64,000 nucleotides of DNA from Trichoplax adhaerens (GCF_000150275.1 NW_002060944.1:5617102-5681101), one strand, 5' to 3'. Counted from the first letter of the stretch, positions 28,801 through 43,800 are shown. The notes: generated by a model not told the origin, from the sequence alone. Numbers and translations: made by a program.

Positions 28801-31800
28801 TATTTTAATAATCATTAAATTCATATTCCTGAATATTGCATTTAGTTTCGAGAAGTATATAGTGGCTTGCTTCCAAATTTAAATTACAGCAAAGCGATAA
28901 TGTGCAATATTCATATCTTTTGAAAATTTCTAAAATTTTATTAAGAAAAATAAATCCTTTTATGGCACGCTATCCTTAGTCTCCATAAAAGTGCACAAGT
29001 TTTAAATCATTTTACCTGTATCTCTAATATATAAGAGTTCAACATAGATAGCTTATTACAGTCTAATAGTATTTTCGGATGTGGTTGCTTCATTATTTTT
29101 TTGGAGTTTGATCGACATCCAGCGATTTCTATACGCGAAGAAAATTATTTTCGAAATTTACTAGTCGACTGTTATTTGTGATACATGCTTTTACGGTAGA
29201 AATAATCTACTTTTTTAGTAGTGTATACCTATTAATTTGCAAATGATTAAATCTGTATAGCATATGCATCCGCATTACAACGGGATATAAGAAATATTCT
29301 AAGATTACTGGAATATTCTCATAACGTTTAAAACTAAGAAAACCGATGTCCAAGTAAATACAATAAACTTTAAATTTTAATAGGGCGCAAATATTGACGA
29401 AAGTGATTGCAATCAATTAACACCTTTTCTATGTGCCATAATTCACAATCATTTATCAACAGTCCAGTTACTGATCGGCCGCAATTGCCAAGTTAACGTC
29501 GTCGATACGTCTGGCAGAAATTGTTATCATCTTGCTGTTATATATGATAAAGATTTACGTTTGCTAGAGTATTTCCTAGAGGTAAATTTCATGATAAATT
29601 AAACTTATTATAGATGCTGCCTAAAGTATCAACTGTTCAAAAATTAATTATATGCTAGAACGTGGATCATTCACTTACTAAAGCTGTGGATGAGCATCAG
29701 AGAACACCGATATTTTATGCTTGTAGAAGGGGAAAGGCTGAGGTTATCGATTTTTCAGTACCATATTAAATTAAGTAATAGTAATCATATATCAATTCTT
29801 AATTACTCTAAAGTATATTAAATAGTACTGGAGATAAATTGCGGATCATGCCAAATATTGCAACTAAATATATTTATTAATACTGAATTGAGCTAAGATT
29901 ATATAAAACTTAACATTTGTTTCTAATTTTTGCATCAGGTCTTGAAGTTATTACTGAACTATGATCCAGGCTTGAATACTATCGATGAAGATGGCAATAA
30001 CTGTTTACATTTTTCCTGCATGTAAGCCCTATATCAGTAATAAGATTAAATTTTGCTTCATTAAAAGCTACTATATAAGGTAAATATTAATATGTTATTT
30101 GACCATAATTAGTACTGGTACCTGTATTATAATGCAGAATTATTATATTTCGGTTTACAAGCATAACATCCGCTGGTATTTCTATCTCAAAGAAATAAAT
30201 TCCTATGCCTTCTAATTCATTTCTTAGTTGCTATTACAGCTACTATATACTGATTTATATCCCTAACATTACACGATTGACAGTATGCAATACAAAACCT
30301 ATTTTCTCGTTAAAATGCATCGTATTTATCTCTAAGCTTTTCAATCTAATTCTTCTAATTTATCGAATGCTCTCTCACAGTACTATAGAAATAGAGTTTA
30401 GAACAAAATCACTTCAAAGATTATATCTAATCATAAATTGCTAACGTTAACGGGTATCTAGTCATACTTGTAAGAAAGCTTTTACAGCAACTTATACGGG
30501 CTATGATACCATATTTGTTTTGAGTGAAGTAGCACTTGTAAATCAGTTAACATATCTTCACTAAGCTTAAATTTATGGTTCTTGTAGTTAACTGCCGTCA
30601 TCAATTTCCTTTACCATATAAAAGCAGTCCCATCATAATTCTCTTTATATAGGGAAGATTGTGTCGAAATTCTGACGATGTTACTTCAGCATTCACCTCA
30701 TTTACTGTGCAGCGAGGGAGAAAATTGCACTTCTCTATTACATATTGCCGTCATGAATAGCTGTCCTAATAATGCTCAATTATTACTAGAACAAGGAGCT
30801 GATATTAATCGAAGGTCGTTGATTTTAAACTACACTATCAATAATAATATTACCTGCTCTTAAATTTACTACCCGTGTAATGATTAAAAATAAAACCATT
30901 ACTCTTAATTTATATCATTAGAGATTGCTGTTACGAAACACCATTAGATATTGCTTGCATAAAAGGCAATACTCGAATTATTCAGATGTTAATCAATTAT
31001 GGAGCTGCAGTTAACTCTATCAATCAATTCGAGGTAGCATATAGAAAAACTTATATAATACTTATCGTAAATAACGTGTTGCAACGTACTCTGACCTAGT
31101 AGCTATTTCTAATATGGTATGCGATCTATAAATGCCACTTACTCTAAGGTATTTCTAAATACTAATATGTAGGAATCAGCTTTACATATAGCCGCTCACT
31201 ATGGTCGAGCCGAAATAGCCAATCTGTTAATGGATCACGGAGCAAATGCTAAGATTGAGAATTGTTATGGTAAAAACTGTTTGGAAGTAGCTATTGAAAA
31301 TGGTCAAGTGGACGTAGCTATTACAATTGCGATAAGGCCTTGGTAACTGATAGAATTACGATACTCAGTTGTAAGACTAAATTCATAGTCATTTTCTAGT
31401 TTTTCTTAAATTTATGGCAAATCTTATAAATATCTTTACAAATTTACTGTCGAGTTTTAAAAGATAGCAATATTATTTGCTGCTAAATGAAATAAACCTG
31501 CCTTGTCTTACTAGAAACCACTAGATAGATCACTTTTCTGCAGTTAATACAGCGTCAATTAAAACACTAAAATAAGCGTTTAGCCAAACTGTTAGCTATA
31601 TTTTCTATTTACCTTGTTGAATATGAATTACTACCATTGTTCCGTGATCAATACAGATTTTCTTTCAGAGTATAACTAAAATCCAAGATTCTTCAGCCAA
31701 TGCATTCATAGTTTTTTTAGATTGCAGTAATCAGTAAAAAAAGATAGATTTAAATTAGACTATGGTTGCTCAGAATTGAAAAGTTTTAATTGACAGACTA

Positions 31801-34800
31801 TATCAACTATTTACACGTAGATGTAATAACGTACATAATTTCGTAATAATTGTTAAATATTTTATAATTACGGTATTGTCTATAGCAATCATGATATGTT
31901 ACTTAAAGTTGGAGATGATAGAATAACAACAATGCAATCTATTGTGAAATGGAATTCCAAAGTTGCCTGGGTTAGTAAAATTTATATTTTTCATAAACAT
32001 ATGATACAGTTAATCAAAGAGTAAATAATACCATTTCGGCCGGTAACGAACTGAATTCAATAACTCGAGGACCTCTACCATAAATAAATGCTTCCTTTAT
32101 TAATCTATCACCGTAAGAATACTTAAAATTCAGACTTTCGATTAATAGTCTTGCACAATTATTTGTCATAGGCGATTATGGATAGCTATATAACGAAAAC
32201 TACATTGATAGGGAATCATAATATGAATATGGTAAGCTATTTATTATTGTATCGATACAAGTAGACATTCAGTACATTATCTCATGATTTAGCGCTCTTA
32301 TAAATTACTAGTAAATAACAAGAACCATTTGAGCATAGAATTATGAAATAACTGTCAATTTACAATTATTGCTATAGGTCAAATACGATTTCTCAATAAT
32401 AGATCCGGGCATTGAGTTTGAAAAAAATCATAACCCTGACAATGGGATTGGTAGTTTCAATGCCGTAAAGGTAAAAATTAGAACATGCTAGCATTCTATG
32501 CTACTGTCTGAAATATTTCGCCCTTAAATCCTTATTGAAGGTATTATAACGCATAAATATCGATACCTGTATCAATAAAGATATTCAGAATAAGATCTGG
32601 CTAACGATACAGTATCATATCTAAACATTTAAACTATATTTAACTTTATTGCTAATACAGGTATAAGTATCCAGCTTCATTTTTTTTCTTCACTAGACAA
32701 TTGCATCATCAAAAGATATTAGCTTACTTGAGCATCCATTGACGGCTAAATTTTTGGATACAAAATGGTAAGCTTACATTATTACGTGCGAATCAATGAA
32801 ACATGGACCTCTTGCTCTTCAACTTCAATCCTTATAGACAATCTTTCCCTCATTCAGGTCAAAGTATGGCCGCTATATTTATACTGCTAACTTGGCTGTC
32901 TACACGATTTTTATTCTCATTCTAATCATTTATATCCTCGAAGTAGAAAGGCTTTATCAACATTTAACAAGTAATATAGTCTTTTTAGGGTTTACACGCC
33001 CAACAGATCAACCAGCATCTTCTTCACTTCTTTTCTCAAATCAGACTGACAATGACCATCATAAGGTAAATTGTGACTTTAAATTTCCAGCTAATTACAT
33101 AAATCTTAGAAATCATCCTTAAACATTATCAAGCAGATAATTTGGGGATATTTAATATATTTAATCATGATGAATCCTACAATTGTATCATGAATTAAAG
33201 TATTTATCTCCAATATATCAAAGCCTGGCTTAAATTTTAGAAACATCTACAATTCGCTAAGCGTCATACGAGTGTTTATTGCAATTTTTTCCGCAATCAA
33301 TATCTGTCGTGAACTTTTCCAATTATATCATGAGGTAATTCGCCAAAATCATTTCATAATGTTAAGTAATAATACTTGAGTTGCCTTACGGCTCATACCT
33401 ACGGGAGGCAACTTAATATGTAATAATAAATGATTAGAGCTACCAGTCTAGAGATTCTTGTAAGTATTTTCCTTTCAAAATTACTTATAGAGAATTCGGT
33501 ACCTTTTATCGTGTGAAAACTATCTAGAGCTGATATTACATAGCGCCGTTTTAGCAATTATTAGCAACTCCAATCATTCAGATGGAACAGCTCTTTGGGC
33601 CCTAGGAGCCTTAACTATTCAGATATCGTTTATAGATTTAATAATGTTCTTACGAAAGTAAGTCAGCCAACAAGTTTTTTTCATATCAATCATTAGGAAT
33701 AATTATTTCATCTGAACAGATGAAAGAGTAATTATTACAATATCAATTAACCAAACACTCATTCCCTAGGTTACCAGTTGTAGGAAAATATGTGTTAATG
33801 ATACGGCTTGTGACTTGGACAGCAATGAAGGTTCATTAGCCAATGCAGTGAACGATATTTTTAAATTATTAATGATACCATACATGTAAAATTTATAAAC
33901 TAATAAATACTATAATATCTAGATCTTATCTTACATATTGAAAAATTGTACTCCTTCTTGGATAACCCCATATTTTTAGGTCCTTCTAATTATTTCTATT
34001 TTACTTTTGGGATTTGCAATCAGCTTCAATATGCTATGCCATCGCCAGGTTTGATAACTATAAATGATCACAGTCAAACAGTATGATGGTAACTCCATCA
34101 TAGTCATTAGCCGCTAATAAAAGACAAGCAATAAACCATAATTCAGCTGGCCATTGCGAGTCAATATTTATCTTTACAATTAATAAAAATTCTAAAATTT
34201 CATATAACATTGATAAATAAGATATTCACTGCACTACACAGTAAACGACATATATATATACCAATAAGTGATTATAAGAGGAGTAATATAAAGATACTTA
34301 CGCCTATATCAAATTCTAGATGTCTTTCTACACTATTTTCCTATCACTTTTCAAAGTCATTGATATGACTATTGGAGAACTGAACTATAGCGATCTTCTG
34401 GATGCTATCCGCAAAGGCAGAATCACTTATCCTGATGCTTATATGTTGGTTCTTCTTATAATTCTATTCATTTTCTTCATGCCAATCCTCATGATGAATC
34501 TTCTGGTAACACCTGCTTATGCCAATAGAAATTATGAAATAGCATAACCACAACCCTAGATATACATTTATTTTAGATATTACACTTAGAATAAGTATTT
34601 GAGTTTAATATAGTAGGATCTAGAATGCTCATTCGCCAGTCAATACTATAATCTAATTTAACTTTATAAATCGTTAATCACTGTATACTGCATAGTCTCT
34701 TGTATCAAATAAAAATTAGTATCAGCATGAAATCTGTATCATTAGTTTTAATGCAAACATTAATATTAAAAAATATTTTATTTTCTTTACATAAGTAGAA

Positions 34801-35484
34801 CAAACACTAGTTAGAAAACGTTTATTATCATTACTGAGAGGTCGCAATTTGAGATAAAATAAATAATGATGGTCTTTTCATTCGAAAAATTTAGATTGGT
34901 TTAGCTGTTGGTGATATAAATGAAATGGAAAAACAAGCTAGTTTACGTCGTCTGGCTGATTTAGCTGCCTTCTTTCATAATATAGAGAGAGGTGTTCCAA
35001 CCTATTTTCGCCAATATTGTGCTTTAGATAAGATAGAGTGCATAGAATCAAAAAACTATGTGAGTTATAAATATTATCTTAGGAATAACCTTTAAAAAAA
35101 TGACAAATACCAGTCTTTAGTCATTAATAAATATTTGATTGCTTATTATTTCCATATTTGTTAGTTATAAAGAATAATTTAACACTCTAAATGGTATCTC
35201 ATTTTTACCAGGATACCGTGAAAAATAGTACAAATAGAAACGAAGATCCTGATAATGTGCTTCAAATTAATCTAGAAATGCAGTCACAGGCTTTACGGTA
35301 ATCTTATAAACACGCATCATAGCAATAGTTGTTTATGTTCAATTAGATGAAAGTTTGATCCGATGATTTTTACGTGAACCTCTTTTTTAGGCTCGACGCT
35401 TTGCAAGATAGATTAAAGCTTGTTCATCATACTCTAGAGAAGGTTCTATATCAATCATCCGAGAAATTTCTTTCAAGTGACTAA
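25880..35484 (+). CDS. TRPA1-like: TRPA1-like channel, paralog 3 (closest relative of paralog 2)
   Basis: First exon MLRSTSLLNNTKAPSSYYTPH (25880-25942) matches paralog 2 exon 1. The frame is open upstream to an acceptor at 25810, so the start may lie further 5'. Same exon series, with LLEHPLTAKFLDTKW, filter DMTIGELNY (exon from 34320) and IGLAVGDINEMEK (from 34895). Ends KFLSSD-TAA at 35484. Confidence 0.93.
27734..28091 (-). mobile_element. Solo LTR (copy B), antisense in an intron of paralog 3
   Basis: 358 bp reverse complement of 559-915 (about 13 substitutions plus 1 indel by hand count, ~96%). TG..CA termini and a different perfect 5-bp TSD ATAGC (27729-27733 / 28092-28096), so this is an independent insertion. 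Confidence 0.9.
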
Positions 35485-37580
35485 TTTGGAATTCTATGAG
35501 TTAAACATAAATGCTATTAGACTTGAATCTGAAACAAGGCATTCAAAACTAAGCAAAGTCGAGGATGAATAAAATTACCAAGACTAGGTATCAAACATGT
35601 TGGCCATTCATCATTCATTTCGAGGAAAATATTGCCTGTTCCTTGGTACCGGTAGCTCATCGATTACTAAATCTTGTACCACTCAACAAAATAAACAAAC
35701 TATTCCATTTCGCTGTAGTGATTGCCATTCTTGAGATATTTTTTAACTCACATTGCAATCAGAGCAATGATTAATTCTGAAGTGGTATTTCTCCATTCCG
35801 ATACCAAAGAGATTTACATACTTTTGCTGTACGATTGTTACTGACTGATGATGATTTTTACCCTTAACAAGTTGAAGTATTGCCTCTTGAGGAAGTTTGC
35901 GCACTAAAGTCTAAATTCACTAACTTTCCTTTAGAAAGTCATTCGTTCTAATTACCCGGGTACTTAGCCTTTACTTTATATCTGCGGTTAGCAAATAGTC
36001 AGATCAAACATTACTGCAGCATACTTTTAAAATTAGTACAAACTTAATCAAGCCGTCAAAATCTGCCCAATTTTGTGTGGATAACTAAACTTAATGATAG
36101 TATAATATGCATAGAGATCAGCGATACCTCCATTAACCACATCGACTGTTATGAGTAATTACGCATGCTAGCGTAGAAAATTTTATACTAGCATGTACCG
36201 AAATATCCTACCTAAATTGATAACCGCAACGATTATATTGAATAACTGTAGAGATCACAAGATTAATTAATTATTTATGTCTCACTTATTATAATAGATA
36301 GCAATAAGTAAGGACATTAGTAGCCGTTTCCTTTTAATATGTTGTGGATGCCTATGAAAATATATTTATGCCATTGATAAGTTTATTTGATGGACAGATA
36401 GTTTACTAATATATATATATTAGATTATCTTAATTCATTATTATCTTTTAAATTTAAGCTCCAAAATAACCTGTAATAAAATAACAGTTATAGCTTGCAA
36501 AAAAGTTTAATTAGATTTGCATTATAGAATCTACTTCTTTGTAATATTTCTAATAGTGCTTATTCTTTAGATATGACCAAGGTATTTTTCTGAAATGTTA
36601 GAAATATCTGTCCACTCTTAGTACACATTTTGCATGCTTAACTATCTAAAATGTTTGAATTGAATAGTGTCTCATAATTCCATCATTATTCCATTTCTAT
36701 CAAATTGGATTAAATTTCTCTAAGTATAAAGGCATCGTTCTCTGGAAATGAATTATTGATACAATTAGACCACGAATTGTCATCTGGTTTTATTTTTTTA
36801 ATAGCATCACCGTAATACCGCCATCATAGAAGACACTATCTATCTTCATGGTAAACACAAAATACTTGCAATTCTCTAAAATAATGCATCAGCTTTAAGC
36901 TAGAATGATCAATGATTCTATTCTTGCATTCATTACGGTATCTGTAAATGCATAAAAGCCTCTCTAGTCGGATAATCACTTCATATATTGCAGTTACAAT
37001 TTATCGGTCCAAATTAAACACCATAGTTAGAAATGCACGTATGTCGTAGGTAGATAATTTAATTAAAGTGGAAGATTGCATTATCATTACCGTACGATCC
37101 TATTTTTATCTTATTTCGCTATGTTGGTTCCTAGATAGAGTAATTCACTTGTGATTAGAGATTCTATTCTGTTTCTGATATTTAATAGTTGGTCTCAATT
37201 TCATGAAAATCCTATATAATTAATTTTTTACGAAGAATAAACTAAAAATTATATGGCTGGATATACTGTATTCCGCTTGTAGTAGGCGAAACTTTAGTGA
37301 TATAGTTACTTCAAATAATAAATTTGTTTTTCACGTTTTGAAATAAGATTGAAGACGAAATTATTCGCATTAAGTCAATAATTCAATTAAAATAAAAGAT
37401 ACCCTTGGATTAACGATTACAATCTAGCCTTGATCCGATGTTTATCGTTACGATTAATTTCTACAAAGAACTATTTACTGTATTACGTAAAGGAATAAGT
37501 GATCTCCCGTAATCATATTAAGAATAACTTATTCAATGTCAACGAAGAAGTTTCCAACAGAAACAATCACTATTCTTTTT

Positions 37581-37597
37581 TCTACCATCTGCTACCT
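37581..37597 (+). promoter_or_regulatory. Conserved 17-bp upstream element TCTACCATCTGCTACCT (paralog 4)
   Basis: Identical to 11430-11446; about 250 bp upstream of the paralog 4 ATG. Confidence 0.5.
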
Positions 37598-37843
37598 GAT
37601 GTGTCATTACAAAAACATTATTACAAGAAATTAAGTTCTAATATAATGTACACCTCAAATGGTATTAGACACAGCTTTAGTAGTAAAATTGCACATTTGC
37701 TATTATAACTACAAGGAAGAGATATACCTGCAAGTATACGGGTGTAACCAAAAGCGTATGCTTCGCATTATTTAGATTAAACGATTAATTATTATAGACA
37801 TCCAAACGTACAGTAACACTTAGATACTCACAGAATTACCAAA

Positions 37844-40800
37844 ATGGAGTTAGAATCGATGCAGTTGACTTCTCCAATAATTATAACCAAACCTAGTAAA
37901 TCGAAAATTTCTATGATCAACCCAGGTTACAAGGTAAGCTTCAGATATGGCATATCTTCAATATCTTGCAATTTACATTTCCAGAACAATCGTCAAAATA
38001 CGCTTACGCTGTAACTTACTAATCTAACAGCTATTACAGTACTGTGGTGTCCAGTAGTCTCCCCTATATCGTACAGCATATTGAAGAGATGTATACAGTA
38101 TCCTAACTTTATTTTTACAGTTAAATTTTCTTGATAGGCTAGCAAGACAGGAAATAGCTCACCTTCTATTAAAATTGTGTATTGTTGTATAATGCTAATT
38201 CTAACCTCTAATGATGCTTGGCTACCCTAATATCTTTACCATAGTCTTTACTCATATAGCTACTGTAGTTGAAACTAATCTCATATTACCACTTTAGGAT
38301 GACGATGAAAATAACTCACTATCCTCACAACCATGCATATCTGACCAAGCAATAACTTATCTTATCAGTCGATTGGCTAAAAATCAGTTATCCCCTCTTC
38401 ACCGTGCAGCTAAAGAGGATAATGTAGAAATTATAATGTCTTTAATTACTTGTGGAGTAGGCGAGTTTGTAATGGACTAAATTTTTTATATTTCACTTTT
38501 ACTGTATTTTAAAAAATTAATTCTGTGTGTCGGAAATACGTGTAAAATAATATGGTATTGACTGATCTAGTGTTTGTACTTTCAGATGTTAATATTGCTG
38601 GAGAACACAATGTAACACCACTGCATATTGCAGCAAAATATAACCAGTTGGCAGCTGTACGAGTTTTAATAGCTTGTAATGCAGATGTCCAATCTGGTGA
38701 TATTAATTTAAATACACCGCTACATTATGCTGCCAAAGCTGGCCATCAGGATATCTGTAAGGTTAGTAGACTAGCAGTAGCACTATATTGCATAAGAATA
38801 CTTCATCACTTGGCCTATGCTTATTTTTTAATCACAAACATTAGAAATATTGAGTAAAGTAGAAACTTTAATATCTTAAAATTTTAAATTAATTGAGTAT
38901 AAGCTAAATTTTAATAGCTGATAAACTACGTATCTGAAAATTAACTTTGACTTAGTGTAAGAGGCAATTAAACTCAGAGTAGACTCCTGCAATACTTAAT
39001 AATATATGGAGAATATTTACCTCATTCAATTTTATACAACATAAGAAATCACGAACGATCAACAGGATATTTTTTTGTACATTGACAGGAGTTATTATAT
39101 GGTAATTAAAACTGATTAGTAACAGTACAAGTTCGTGCGGTTGTAGTTAAAGCTGATACTAGATTACATTCAATACAACAAATTATTCTGTAAATAAACA
39201 TTAAGTAGCACAAGTATCAAAAAATTACTTATCAAATGTCTATGTTTATGACTACTACTGTTTTATTAATTAGATATCCAACCACTAATTTTATACTTTA
39301 TTTACAATAGGCAGAGACTAGTCATACTTACCAAAATTTCGTAAACCCAGAGATTTCTTTTGCATTATTACTTTGATGCAAAGTTAGCTTTGAACAATAC
39401 AGTAATACCTCACTATTTTTTACTACAGGAACTGTTAAATAACCAGCCGTTTATGATCGACAATAAGAATAAGAAAGAAATGACAGCGTTGCATCTTGCC
39501 TGTATTCACAACAGAAATTTCGTCTGCTCCTATCTGGTATTCACGCCATTCTAAATACTTGTAGATTAATTGGCTAGTAAACCTATTTCCAACAGTTATA
39601 AAACTATAGCTAATGTATTGTTACTGCAGGTTGAAAAAGGTACTGATGTAACCACTAAAACTGAAGATGGTAGCATACCAATCCACATAGCCGCCAGTAG
39701 AGGCAATACAGAGCTAATGGAAATATTTCTTGACGCCGGAATGAAAAACTTGATAGCGCGCAATGATCACCTTAGCAGACGTAACTACGATGGGGCATCT
39801 ATTCTTCATCGAGCAGTTCAATGCGGACAGGAAAAGGTTATATCTAGCCCATGTAAAAATGATATCATAGCTATTGTTTACCAAAATAAAATCAAGCGAA
39901 CTAAATCTTTACAAGTAGATTTCTAAATAACACTCCAGCTAATCCTAATTAAATAAACTCTGATCAAATTTTACAACGGCTAATTTATTTTTTAGGTAGT
40001 CATGTTCTGCTTGAATGAAGGTGTCGAAACTAATGTTTGTGATGTAAGTAGCGCAGAATATACAAAGTATCACTAAGTTTAATATTGTACAATATCGTAG
40101 TTTTATTCTATCAAATTCTTACATTGCGAATAATTTTGAGTGGAACGTATAATTTTAATTCATATAACGCTATCAATGTCATGAAGTTATTGCTATCAAT
40201 ATTACTATCTACTTATAACTTAAACTTTGAAGATCTTCGACGATCACTAACTCATCGGCTGATAATTAATTATTATTGATGAAAAAAATCGCTATTCATG
40301 TATTACTACAACTACGTATTTATACTAATAGCAAACATTATACGTTGTAATAATGCCTAGAAAAATGGTCTGACTCCTTTACATATAGCAGCAATCAATG
40401 GAAATGATTCTATTAGTAGAATCTTACTGACGAAAAGATCTACAATCGATGCACGCGATAATTATGATCGCACACCGTTGCATCATGCCACTTCCCTAAA
40501 TCGATTAAATATTGCAGAAGTTCTTATTAATGCAGTATGTATATTATAAAACTATCCTATCAATAAAAAATATGTGCCTAAATTGCCAGAAATTCATCTA
40601 GCTTTGCTACTTCTCTAAGTCTCTGCTAGGGTATTAGCGATACTCATAATTCGATAGAAAATAGCTAATATTATCAAAATTAGAACTAATTTTATATACC
40701 TGAATCGTATAAATTTATTATTAAAATACATCGAAATTGATAAAATATTTCATAAACAAGCATCACTTAATAGTACGATAATTCTTCTTGTATTTTGTTA

Positions 40801-43800
40801 GGGCGCCGGCATTAATATTTCAGATAGCAAGCAAACAACTCCCTTACTTTATGCAATTGCAAATAACCATTTACAATCTGCTCAGCTCCTAATCAATCAC
40901 AACTGCAGTATCAAGGCTGTCGATCAATTCGGTCGAAATTGCCTTCACATAGCAGCTATTGGAAGTGATGATGACTTAAACTTACTAGAGTATTTACTCT
41001 CGGTAGGTAACCGAATTATACTTAGCGCTCATTAAATACCGAATATTTTATTGTGTTCGATAGCATAAAGAAACAGGATATTAGGAGAACTGAAATTTCT
41101 TTTTCTTCATACAGATACTAAATTCTACTTGACAGTTTAAATATGTACTATAGTACCGTTTTCTATTCTACTGCAATTGTCAGTTCATAACCATTAGCCT
41201 ATTCTTAGAATGAAAGTGATCAATTTGATCAAACAATACTTTATAACCTATCTGTTATTTTGGAGGTTTTGAATTATTTCACAATTAAGTTAGCTATTGG
41301 CTATCGATAAAGATAAAGTTCACTTTTATAGATAGATGGAGCTCCAGATATTAATTCTAGGGATAATTATGAACGAACGCCAATGCATTACCTTTGTAAC
41401 AGAGGGAATATAAAGGTTACAATTGCTATAACTTCCTTTCGAGGCGTAACCATTTACCAATTATCTTGCTAAGCTTATACTAAAAATTTATTCCTATCAG
41501 GGAGTGGAAGTATTATTAAATTATGAGCCAGATTTAAGAATATTAGATGAAGATGGTAATAACTGTTTGCATGTAGCTTGCAAGTAAGTTAGCTTAGAAA
41601 TTAGCTATAAAAGATCCATGAGTCATAATATTTCTTTCGTGTCCGTTACGTCTGTAGTTGTAAAATGTGTGGAGTAATGTGCAATACTGTTGTGGTACTG
41701 GTACACCTTGTAATATCACTTCATGATATTCATAGATAAAGTCGGGTACAACTTAAATAAAATCACTTCTTGTCTATTCGTTAAGGCATATTACTCGTCA
41801 CAGAGCAGTTCTTAACAGTGTCAATTATTTGTTTCCTTGATCAGAGTTACAGACACAGGTGAATGGGTAGATATTACTACTAGCTAGTAGATATATCATT
41901 CAGTACCTTTCTAATTGCTTACAATATATAAAAAATGCTATAAATTCTCCAGAACTTACAGATTCGGGTTTCAATTACTATCGATATTAGAAATATTCTA
42001 AGGTAGTTTATCATCATTCGTAACTTTGCACGCACGTACCTCAAGAGAGTATTGTACGCAGATAGATGGCGCTGTAAATATATTTTAATAATACAGATAC
42101 CTTTTCTTTAATTTTTTTCATTTTGCGCAATTTAAAGTATCGGTAATCATTTCCTGTTTAATTTACTTCCGAATTACTGTACACCTGTATTTAATCTTGC
42201 AAATGGTTATACTATTAACCTTGTTCTAGGCTAGGAGCCTTGGATATCGTTAAAGTCTTATTGAACGACTTTCCTCGTCTAATGTGTAGTGAAGGAGAAG
42301 GCAGCAGTAGTTCATTGCATATCGCTGTTTTAAATAACAACTTGCATGTCGCTAAGTTTCTAATAGAACGAGGAGCCGACATTAATCGAAGGTAAATTTA
42401 AAACTTCTATTATCTATGTTACTTACAGTTATTGGCAGCGTTTATGTACACTAGGATTCAAAGATATCTTACTTTGTGTAAAATAATATGAAACTATAAA
42501 CGTATCATTACCTGTATAACCTATTTTGAATATAAGGGATGGCAGCTATCGTACTCCATTAGATATCGCCTGCAGTAATGATTATATACAAATTGTTAAA
42601 ATGTTACTTAAATGCGATGCTTCCATTAATGATACCACCAATCAATGGGAGGTAAATATATTGCATGCATTATCCTTTGGCCTATTAGATAGCTATATGG
42701 GTTATTATTATTTTCCATAATTATCAACTGGATTAACGCATTCTATGGCTTTATCTATAATCAGGAATCAGCGTTGCATATAGCAGCACGATATGGCCAA
42801 GCTGATATTGCAAAGTTATTATTAGATCATGGAGCAGATGCGATGATAGAAAATAGTGATGCCAAGAATTGTTTAGAGATTGCAATTCAGCAGTGCCAAA
42901 AGGATGTAGCAATCGAAATTGCAACAAGTTCATAGTAAATCATAGTCTATTTCAATGCTTCAATTTTTTCGATATATTCACTTTAAAGTTATGTTGTATC
43001 ATTACAGAATAGCCAATGCTATAGAATAATACAAGCCTATAGTGAATATTTTTCGAGTGGTATTTGTATTAATTACTGGAATTTTAAACTATTTATAGTA
43101 GCCGAGAAATTTTGACCAAAGTAGGATCCGATAAAATAACAACGATGCAAAGCATAATTCAGTGGAACCCAGACGTTGCAGCTGTTAGTTGACTCGTATA
43201 ATTGTACTTCTTCATTTTGGGAGGCAGTTTAAAAAATTAAATTGTAATGTATGGACTGTATAAAGCTAGCAGGATATAGTGATTTTTTCCTATGTGTGGA
43301 GATAAGTTGCGTTGAGTTAGTTTATAATATTAAATTGCGATTTATAGATTAAATACGGCTAGCAGAGTACATTGATTTTTCCATTATTTGGAGATACGTA
43401 GCATTCTACGCTAAATTTTGCTTTGCAACTCTGGTGCTATTGCCTGAAATCATACAATACGATCACATTCACTCTTGTAAAATTATACCACCTTTATTAT
43501 TACATCATGTATTAAAGATATCTACTTCATTGATGTTATCTAGATCATCATGGATAAGTATATTACCAAGATTCCAATAAGTACCAGCGATTCTAAAAGT
43601 GTCATCTCAGTATGTTCTAAAATTTAATTGCAACATATAATCTGATATTATCAATAAGTGCTAAAGAAATAGAATTTTTAAAGCTTATTCTAAAATTAAC
43701 GCTAAATTTTGGTAATGCTGAAGATAGACTAACACTAGCGACGTGTACTTTGAATAACTTTTTAGTGTCAACTTAGTACTAGGGACAGCTAAAAGTTAGT

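Noticed and set aside
35500-36950. Possible gene or pseudogene between paralogs 3 and 4 (ORF 35565-35774 and minus-strand fragments)
   Set aside because: Frames are interrupted by stops, no consistent exon chain could be built and no homology was recognised.
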